DNA of 64,000 nucleotides from Ranitomeya imitator (taxonomy: Eukaryota), in assembly GCF_032444005.1 (NCBI RefSeq), contig NC_091289.1:121024001-121088000 (forward strand). Reading direction: 5' to 3'. The notes below the pieces were generated by a model. That model saw only the letters and a program-made list of their open reading frames with translations. It had not been told where the DNA came from and did not search any database. Of the stretch, positions 54,274-64,000 are shown piece by piece. A program made the position numbers and the translations under genes. The stretch's first letter is position 1. The number at the start of each line of letters is the position of its first letter.

Positions 54274-57200
54274 TGTTATGGACCTGATGGTTAGGAGCAC
54301 CCGGAACGACCTGATGGTTAAACTAACACAGGACAAGCTCTGGGAAGTGGGAGCTCTGCTGACCGCAACCCCTAATCCTATCACACACACTAGAAATAGC
54401 CGTGGAGCGTACCTAACTCTACCTAGACGCCTCTTCACAGCCTAAGAGCTAACTAGCCCTAGAGATAGAAAATAAAGCCTACCTTGCCTCAGAGAAATTC
54501 CCCAAAGGAAAAGGCAGCCCCCCACATATATTGACTGTGAGTTAAGATGGAAGTCACAAACACAGAAATGAAACAGGTTTCAGCAAAGGAAGCCAGACTA
54601 ACTAAACAGACTGAGGATAGGAAAGGTATCTTTGCGATCAGCACAAAAAACTACAAAAAGACCACGCAGAGTGTGCAAAAAGACCTCCGCACCGACTCAC
54701 GGTGCGGAGGTGCCACTCTGCATCCCAGAGCTTCCAGCTAGCAAGGCAAAATCATGATAGCAAGCTGGACAAGAAAACAATGAACGAATAATTAACTAGC
54801 AGGGACTTAGCTTCTGCTGGAGTAGACAGGTCACCAGAAAGATCCAAGAGCGAACTGAACCAGTACAAGAACATTGACAGCTGGCATGGAGTAACGATCT
54901 GAGTGGAGTTAAATAGAGCAGCCAGCCAAAGTATAAACTACGTCAAAGGAAAAAAAATGGACAGAAAAAACCAGCTCACCTACTAGGCATTTGTTGTGGG
55001 GAAGCCCGGATGACGTGCAGTCTTCACGTGAAACAGTGGAACAAATAGAAGAGAAAATCCAGCTTCCAGAAATATCCAATTTATTAAAGTTAAAATCCAA
55101 GGTCCAAAAACATGGTTCACAGGAGAGAAGATAGCATCTCTTCTGTGAACCATGTTTTTGGACCTTGGATTTTAACTTTAATAAATTGGATATTTCTGGA
55201 AGCTGGATTTTCTCTTCTATTTGTTCCAATAAACTACGTCACCTGTGGAAGGAACCTCAGAAGCAGCAGCTCCACTCACAGCCACCAGAGGGAGTCCATG
55301 GACAGAACTCGCCGAAGTACCATTCATGACCACAGGAGGGAGTTCGATAACAGAATTCACAACAGTACCCCCTCCTTGAGGAGGGGTCACCGAACCCTCA
55401 CCAGAGCCCCTAGGCCGATCAGGACGAGCCAAATGAAAGTCACGAACTAGATCGGCAGCATGAACATCAGAGGCAAAAACCCAGGAATTATCTTCCTGAC
55501 CATAACCCTTCCACTTGACCAGGTACTGGAGTTTCCATCTCGAAATACGAGAATCCAAAATCTTCTCCACCACATACTCCAACTCCCCCTCGACCAACAC
55601 CGGGGCAGGAGGATCAACGGAGGGAACCATAGGCGCCACGTATCTCCGCAATAACGACCTATGGAACACATTATGGATGGCAAAAGAAGCTGGAAGGGCC
55701 AAACGAAATGACACAGGATTGAGAACTTCAGAAATCTTATACGGACCAATGAAACGAGGCTTAAACTTAGGAGAGGAAACCTTCATAGGAACATAACGAG
55801 ACGACAACCAAACCAAATCCCCAACACGAAGTTGGGGACCAACACAGCGCCGGCGGTTAGCGAAACGTTGAGCCTTCTCCTGGGACAATGTCAAATTGTC
55901 CACCACATGAGTCCAAATCTGCTGCAACCTGTCCACCACAGTATCCACACCAGGACAGTCCGAAGGCTCAACCTGCCCTGAAGAGAAACGAGGATGGAAA
56001 CCAGAATTACAGAAAAAAGGCGAAACAAAAGTAGCCGAGCTGCCCGATTATTAAGGGCGAACTCAGCCAAAGGCAAGAAGGACACCCAATCATCCTGATC
56101 AGCAGAAACAAAGCATCTCAGATATGTTTCCAAAGTCTGATTAGTTCGTTCGGTTTGGCCATTTGTCTGAGGATGGAAAGCCAAAGAAAAAGACAAATCA
56201 ATGCCCATCTTAGCACAAAAGGACCGCCAAAACCTCGAAACAAACTGGGAACCTCTGTCCGAGACGATGTTCTCCGGAATGCCATGCAAACGAACCACAT
56301 GCTGGAAATACAATGGCACCAAATCAGAGGAGGAAGGCAATTTAGGCAAGGGTACCAAATGGACCATCTTAGAGAAGCGATCACAAACCACCCAAATGAC
56401 CGACATCCTTTGAGAGACAGGGAGATCTGAAATAAAATCCATGGAAATATGCGTCCAGGGCCTCTTCGGGACCGGCAAGGGCAAAAGCAACCCACTGGCA
56501 AGAGAACAGCAGGGCTTAGCCCGAGCACAAGTCCCACAGGACTGCACAAAAGAACGCACATCCCGTGACAAAGAAGGCCACCAAAAGGATCTAGACACCA
56601 AATCTCTGGTACCAAAGATTCCAGGATGACCAGCCAACACCGAACAATGAACCTCAGAGATAACTCTACTAGTCCATCTATCAGGGACAAACAGTTTCTC
56701 CGCTGGACAACGGTCAGGTCTATCAGCCTGAAACTTCTGCAGCACCCGCCGCAAATCAGGGGAGATGGCAGACAAAATTACCCCCTATTTGAGAATACCC
56801 GCCGGCTCAGGAACACCCGGAGAGTCAGGCACAAAACTCCTTGACAGGGCATCAGCCTTCACATTCTTAGAGCCCGGAAGGTACGAAACCACAAAATCAA
56901 AACGGGAGAAAAACAGCGACCATCGAGCCTGTCTAGGATTCAACCGTTTAGCAGACTCAAGATAAGTCAAATTCTTGTGATCCGTCAAGACGACCACGCG
57001 ATGCTTGGCTCCTTCAAGCCAATGTCGCCACTCCTCGAATGCCCACTTCATGGCCAACAACTCTCGATTGCCAACATCATAATTGCGCTCAGCAGGCGAG
57101 AACTTTCTAGAAAAAAGGCACATGGTTTCATCACCGAGCCATCAGAACTTATTTGCGACAAAACAGCCCCTGCTCCAATCTCAGAAGCATCAACCTCGAC

Positions 57201-59299
57201 CTGAAACGGGAGCGAAACATCTGGCTGGCACAACACAGGAGCAGAAGAAAAACGACGCTTCAACTCCTGAAAAGCCTCTACAGCCGCAGAGGACCAATTG
57301 ACCACATCAGCACCTTTCTTGGTCAAATCAGTCAATGGTTTAGCAACACTAGAAAAATTAGCGATGAAGCGATGGTAAAAATTAGCAAAGCCCAGGAACT
57401 TCTGCAGGCTCTTCACAGATGTCGGCTGAGTCCAATCATAAATGGCCTGAACTTTAACAGGGTCCATCCCGATAGTAGAAGGGGAAAAAATGAAACCCAA
57501 AAATGAAACCTTCTGAACTCCAAAGAGACATTTTGACCCCTTCACAAACAAGGAATTCGCGCGAAGGACCTGGAACACCATTCTGACCTGCTTCACCTGA
57601 GACTCCCAATCATCCGAAAAGACCAAAATATCATCCAAATATACAATCATGAATCTATCCAGGTACTTTCGGAAGATGTCATGCATAAAGGACTGAAACA
57701 CAGATGGAGCATTAGAAAGCCCGAATGGCATAACCAGGTATTCAAAATGGCCCTCGGGCGTATTAAATGCTGTTTTCCATTCATCGCCCTGTTTAATACG
57801 CACAAGATTATACGCCCCTCGAAGATCTATCTTGGTGAACCAACTAGCCCCCTTAATCCGAGCAAACAAATCAGACAGCAGCGGCAAAGGGTACTGAAAT
57901 TTGACTGTGATCTTATTAAGAAAGCGGTAATCAATACAAGGTCTCAAAGAACCATCCTTCTTGGCCACAAAAAAGAACCCTGCTCCCAACGGTGATGACG
58001 ACGGGCGAATATGACCTTTCTCCAAGGATTCCTTTATATAACTCCGCATAGCGGCGTGCTCTGGCACAGATAAATTGAACAGTCGGCCCTTAGGAAACTT
58101 ACTACCAGGAATCAAATTAATAGCACAATCGCAATCCCTATGAGGAGGTAGGGCACTGGATTTGGGCTCATCAAATACATCCCGGTAATCCGACAAAAAC
58201 TCAGGGACTTCAGAAGGAGTGGAAGGCGAAATTGACAGCAATGGAACATCACCATGTACCCCTTGACAACCCCAGCTGGACACAGACATAGATTTCCAAT
58301 CCAATACTGGATTATGGACCTGTAGCCATGGCAACCCCAAAACGACCACATCATGCAGATTATGCAACACCAAAAAGCGAATATCCTCCTGATGTGCAGG
58401 AGCCATGCACATGGTCAATTGAGTCCAGTACTGAGGCTTATTCTTGGCCAAAGGCGTAGCATCAATTCCTCTCAATGGAATAGGATACTGCAAGGGCTCC
58501 AAGAAAAAACCACAGCGCCTGGCAAACTCCAAGTCCATCAAATTCAGGGCAGCGCCTGAATCCACAAATGCCATTACAGAATAGGACGACAAAGAGCAAA
58601 TCAGAGTAACGGACAAAAGAAATTTAGACTGTACCGTACCAATGGTGGCAGACCTAGCGAACCGCTTAGTGCGCTTAGGACAATCAGAGAAAGCATGAGT
58701 GGAATCACCACAGTAAAAACACAGCCCATTCCGACGTCTGTGTTCTTGCCGTTCAGCTCTGGTCAAAGTCCTATCACATTGCATAGGCTCAGGCCTATGC
58801 TCAGAGAATACCGCCAAATGGTGCACAGCTTTGCGCTCACGCAAGCGCCGATCGATCTGAATGGCCAAGGACATAGACTCATTCAGACCAGCAGGCGTGG
58901 GAAATCCCACCATGACATCCTTAAGGGCTTCAGAAAGACCCTTTCTGAAAATTGCCGCCAGGGCACACTCATTCCACTGATTAAGCACAGACCACTTTCT
59001 AAACTTCTGACAATATACCTCCGCTTCATCCTGACCCTGACACAAAGCCAGCAAGATTTTCTCTGCCTGATCCACTGAATTTGGTTCATCATAAAGCAAT
59101 CCAAGCGCCAGAAAAAACGCATCTACATCACGCAATGCAGGATCTCCTGGCGCAAGGGAAAATGCCCAGTCTTGAGGGTCGCCACGCAACAAAGAAATAA
59201 TGATTTTTACTTGTTGAACGGGGTCACCAGAGGAGCGGGGTTTCAAAGCAAGAAACAGTTTACAATTATTTTTGAAATACAGGAACTTAGATCTATCCC
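54274..59299 (-). mobile_element. Sushi/Tf1-type chromodomain Gypsy LTR retrotransposon (element 1): 3' LTR 54274-55364 plus frameshifted gag-pol, interrupted in gag by element 2
   Basis: Minus-strand ORFs contain a gag Zn knuckle (CFYCGDSTHAFSDC), protease (FVDSGA), RT (YLDD), RNase H (EVDAS), integrase (HCSVLAGH..C..C; MDF, SDRG) and chromodomain (EYVVEKILDSR..YLVKWKGY..DNSW). PPT AAGGAGGGGG lies next to the LTR; LTR ends are TG...CA. Confidence 0.95.
54946..55228. mobile_element. 283-bp insertion ending in a perfect 86-bp-arm hairpin, inside the 3' LTR of element 1
   Basis: 13-bp direct repeat ATAAACTACGTCA at 54933-54945 and 55229-55241. Arms 55037-55122 and 55143-55228 are exact reverse complements. 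Confidence 0.85.
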
Positions 59300-62200
59300 T
59301 GTTGTGAATTCTGTGGCTGAATTCACTCCTGTGGTCACAAGTGGTACTGCAGCTTCTGAGCTTCCTCTCTCAGGTGTTCTGGTGAGCTCGTTGGCTGCTT
59401 TGTTATTTAACTCCACCTGATTCTGTCTTCCTTGCTCCTTGTCAATGTTTCAGTGTTGGATCTGAGCTTCTGGATCTTTCCTGTGGCCTGCTGCTCTGCT
59501 TAGATAAGTGCTTCTTTGCTTTTGTTGCAACTTTTTCTGTCCAGCTTGTCTTTTCGTTTTGCTGGAAGCTCTGAGACGCAAAGGGTGTACCGCCGTGCCG
59601 TTAGTTCGGCACGGTGGGTCTTTTTGCCCCCTCTGCGTGGTTTTTTGCTTTAGGGTTTTTTGTAGACTGCAAAGTTCTCTTTGCTATCCTCGCTCTATCT
59701 AGAATATCGGGCCTCACTTTGCTGAATCTATTTCATCCCTACGTTTGTCTTTTCATCTTGATAACAGTCATTATATGTGGGGGGCTGCCTTTTCCTTTGG
59801 GGTATTTCTCTGAGGCAAGTCAGGCTTGTTTTTCTATCTTCAGGCTAATCAGCTCCTCAGGCTGTGCCGAGTTGCATAGGTAGTGTCAGGCACAATCCAC
59901 AGCTGCCTTTAGTTGTGTTTAGGTTAGGTTCAGGTATTGCGGTCTACAGAGATTCCACGTCTCAGAGCTCATTCTGTTGTTTTTGGGTTATTGTCAGATC
60001 ACTGTATGTGCTCTGATTGCTGGCACACTGTGTCACTGGATTGCCTACATAACAGTACAAGGAGCCAACCTAATGATTCTCAATAGAGGGAAAAAAGAAG
60101 TTCTGACACCTTTTTTTTTTTCTCAGCTCTGTGTTCAGTCTTTTTTTCCCCCTAGACATTTGGGTGTTTCAGGACACAGGTGTGGACATGGATATTCAGG
60201 GTCTGTGCTCTTCAATGGATAATCTCGTTACACATGTACAAAGGATTCAAGATACTATTGATCAGAAATCTATGTTAGAACCAAGAATTCCTATTCCTGA
60301 TTTGTTTTTTGGTGATAGAACTAAGTTTCTTAATTTCAAAAATAATTGTAAGCTATTTCTGGCCTTGAAACCTCATTCTTCTGGTAATCCTATTCAACAG
60401 GTTTTGATTATTATTTCTTTTTTGCGCGGCGACCCTCAGGACTGGGCATTTTCTCTTGCGCCAGGAGACCCTGCATTGAGTAATGTCAATGCGTTTTTCC
60501 TGGCGCTCGGATTACTTTACGATGAGCCTAATTCAGTGGATCAGGCTGAGAAAAATTTGCTGGCTTTGTGCCAGGGTCAGGATGATATAGAAGTATATTG
60601 TCAGAAATTTAGGAAGTGGTCAGTACTCACTTTGTGGAATGAATCTGCGCTGGCAGCTTTGTTCAGAAAGGGTCTCTCTGAGGCTCTTAAGGATGTCATG
60701 GTGGGTTTTCCTATGCCTGCTGGTTTGAATGAGTCTATGTCTTTGGCCATTCAGATCGGTCGACGCTTGCGCGAGCGTAAATCTGTGCACCATTTGGCGG
60801 TATTGTCTAAGATTAAACCTGAGCCTATGCAGTGCGATAGGACTATGACCAGAGTTGAACGGCAAGAACACAGACGTCTGAATGGTCTGTGTTTCTACTG
60901 TGGTGATTCCACTCATGCTATTTCTGATTGTCCTAAGCGCACTAAGCGGTTCGATAGGTCTGCCGTCATTGGTACTGTACAATCCAAATTCCTTCTGTCC
61001 ATTACCTTGATATGCTCTTTGTCATCGTATTCTGTCATGGCGTTTGTGGATTCAGGCGCTGCCCTGAATCTGATGGATTTGGATTATGCTAAACGTTGTG
61101 GGTTTTTCTTGGAGCCTTTGCGGTGTCCTATTCCGTTGAGAGGAATTGATGCTACACCTTTGGCCAAGAATAAACCTCAGTACTGGACCCAGCTGACCAT
61201 GTGCATGGCTCCTGCACATCAGGAAGTTATTCGCTTTCTGGTGCTACATAATCTGCATGATGTGGTCGTGTTGGGGTTGCCATGGCTGCAAACCCATAAT
61301 CCAGTATTGGATTGGAACTCTATGTCGGTATCCAGCTGGGGTTGTCAGGGGGTACATGGTGATGTTCCATTTTTGTCTATTTCGTCATCCACTCCTTCTG
61401 AGGTCCCAGAGTTCTTGTCTGATTATCAGGATGTATTTGAAGAGCCCAAGTCCGATGCCCTACCTCCGCATAGGGATTGTGATTGTGCTATCAATTTGAT
61501 TCCTGGTAGTAAATTCCCTAAAGGTCGATTATTTAATTTATCCGTGCCTGAACACGCCGCTATGCGCAGTTATGTGAAGGAATCCCTGGAGAAGGGACAT
61601 ATTCACCCATCGTCATCACCACTGGGAGCAGGGTTCTTTTTTGTAGCCAAGAAGGATGGTTCGCTGAGACCATGTATTGATTACCGCCTTCTTAATAAGA
61701 TCACTGTTAAATTTCAGTATCCCTTGCCATTGTTATCTGACTTGTTTGCTCGGATTAAGGGGGCTAGTTGGTTCACTAAGATAGATCTTCGTGGTGCGTA
61801 TAATCTGGTGAGAATCAGGCAAGGAGATGAATGGAAAACTGCATTTAATACGCCCGAGGGTCATTTTGAGTATCTAGTGATGCCGTTCGGACTTGCCAAT
61901 GCTCCATCTGTGTTTCAGTCTTTTATGCATGACATCTTCCGTGAGTATCTGGATAAATTCCTGATTGTTTACTTGGATGACATTTTGATCTTCTCAAATG
62001 ATTGGGACTCTCATGTGAAGCAGGTCAGAATGGTTTTCCAGGTCCTGCGTGCTAATTCTTTGTTTGTGAAGGGATCAAAGTGTCTCTTCGGTGTGCAGAA
62101 AGTTTCATTTTTGGGGTTCATCTTTTCCCCTTCTACTATCGAGATGGATCCGGTTAAGGTCCAAGCCATCCAGGATTGGACTCAGCCGACATCTCTGAAA

Positions 62201-64000
62201 AGTCTGCAAAAATTCCTGGGCTTTGCTAATTTTTATCGTCGCTTCATCTGTAATTTTTCTAGCATTGCCAAACCATTGACCGATTTGACCAAGAAGGGTG
62301 CTGATTTGGTTAATTGGTCTTCTGCTGCTGTGGAAGCTTTTCAGGAGTTGAAGCATCGTTTTTGTTCTGCCCCTGTGTTGTGTCAACCAGATGTTTCTCT
62401 TCCGTTCCAGGTCGAGGTTGATGCTTCTGAGATTGGAGCAGGGGCGGTTTTGTCACAGAGAGGTTCTGGTTGCTCAGTGTTGAAACCATGTGCTTTCTTT
62501 TCCAGGAAGTTTTCGGCTGCTGAGCGTAATTATGATGTGGGCAACCGAGAGTTGCTGGCCATGAAGTGGGCATTCGAGGAATGGCGTCATTGGCTTGAAG
62601 GAGCTAAGCATCGCGTGGTGGTATTGACTGATCATAAGAACCTTACTTATCTCGAGTCTGCCAAGCGCTTGAATCCTAGACAGGCCCGTTGGTCGTTATT
62701 TTTTGCCCGCTTCGATTTTGTGATTTCGTACCTTCCGGGCTCTAAAAATGTGAAGGCGGATGCTCTGTCTAGGAGTTTTGAGCCGACTCTCCGGGTTCAT
62801 CTGAGCCGGCGAGTATCCTCAAGGAAGGAGTCATTGTGTCTGCCATCTCCCCTGATTTGCGGCGAGTGTTGCAAAAATTTCAGGCGAATAAACCTGATCG
62901 TTGTCCGGCGGAGAAACTGTTCGTTCCTGATAGGTGGACTAGTAAAGTTATCTCTGAACTTCATTGTTCGGTGTTGGCTGGTCATCCTGGAATCTTTGGT
63001 ACCAGAGAGTTAGTGGCTAGATCCTTCTGGTGGCCATCTCTGTCACGGGATGTACGTACTTTTGTGCAGTCCTGTGGGATTTGTGCTAGGGCTAAGCCCT
63101 GCTGTTCACGTGCCAGTGGGTTGCTTTTGCCCTTGCCGGTCCCAAAGAGGCCTTGGACACATATTTCGATGGATTTCATTTCTGACCTTCCCGTTTCTCA
63201 AAAGATGTCAGTCATTTGGGTGGTCTGTGATCGCTTTTCTAAAATGGTCCATCTGGTGCCCTTGGTTAAATTGCCTTCCTCCTCTGATTTGGTGCCTTTG
63301 TTCTTCCAGCATGTGGTTCGTTTGCATGGCATTCCTGAGAATATTGTTTCTGACAGAGGTTCCCAGTTTGTTTCAAGGTTTTGGCGAGCCTTTTGTGGTA
63401 GGATGGGCATTGACCTATCTTTTTCCTCGGCTTTCCATCCTCAGACTAATGGCCAGACCGAACGAACCAATCAGACCTTGGAAACATATCTGAGATGTTT
63501 TGTTTCTGCAGACCAGGATGATTGGGTGTCCTTTTTGCCGTTGGCTGAGTTCGCCCTTAATAATCGGGCCAGCTCGGCTACCTTGGTCTCTCCATTTTTC
63601 TGCAATTCTGGGTTCCATCCTCGTTTCTCTTCAGGACAGGTTGAGTCTTCGGACTGTCCTGGTGTGGATTCTGTGGTGGACAGGTTGCAGCAGATCTGGA
63701 CTCAGGTAGTGGACAATTTGACCTTGTCCCAGGAGAAGGCTCAACTTTTCGCTAATCGCAGACGCCGTGTGGGTCCCCGACTTCGTGTTGGGGATCTGGT
63801 TTGGTTATCTTCTCGTCATATTCCTATGAAGGTTTCCTCTCCTAAATTTAAACCTCGTTTTATTGGTCCGTATAGGATTTCTGAGATTCTCAATCCTGTG
63901 TCTTTTCGTCTGACCCTCCCAGACTCCTTTTCCATACATAATGTATTCCATAGGTCGTTGTTGCGGAGATACGTGGCACCTATGGTTCCATCTGTTGAGC
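59300..64000 (+). mobile_element. Sushi/Tf1-type Gypsy LTR retrotransposon (element 2): 5' LTR 59300-60054, long gag-pol ORF 60131..63013, frameshift near 62790, runs off the window
   Basis: LTR TGTTGTGAATTC...CATAACA. The 960-aa ORF has the same gag/PR/RT/RH motifs as element 1, and integrase sequence continues to the window end. Confidence 0.95.
59404..59442 (+). promoter_or_regulatory. LTR TATA-like box (TATTTAA) and putative transcript 5' end GCTCCTTGT, complementary to the PBS at 60057-60065
   Basis: GCTCCTTGT (59434-59442) is the exact reverse complement of ACAAGGAGC, which starts 2 nt after the LTR end. No TGG-type tRNA PBS is present. Confidence 0.75.

Overview
Vertebrate, repeat-dense DNA. 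The repeat families look anuran (frog); this is an inference, not a database result. The only host gene is on the minus strand. It contributes 14 internal exons of 255-267 nt between 49764 and 663, all AG/GT-bounded and phase 1-1, each encoding one cysteine-rich fibronectin type III (FN3) domain of the FNDC7 family. Neither the start nor the end of the gene is in the window. The introns are packed with transposable elements: a near-complete Ngaro-type tyrosine-recombinase retrotransposon with an SGNH hydrolase ORF, two nested sushi-type (chromodomain) Gypsy elements, a non-autonomous LTR element carrying a cold-shock domain, a 4-kb hAT derivative with a duplicated BED finger, CR1 and L1-ORF1 remnants, V-SINEs and many MITEs. 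Four observations stand out. (1) Presence or absence of one cysteine in each FN3 domain matches that of a cysteine in the next domain at all 13 junctions, pointing to a disulfide-stapled rod with three looser joints. (2) The Ngaro hydrolase ORF has a splice acceptor on the host strand, in frame with the host FN3 exons. (3) Three sushi-type LTRs share a fixed promoter geometry but have different putative self-priming leaders. (4) An LTR element carries a cold-shock domain instead of recognisable gag/pol. All coordinates, translations and identities were counted by hand; no alignment or database search was run.
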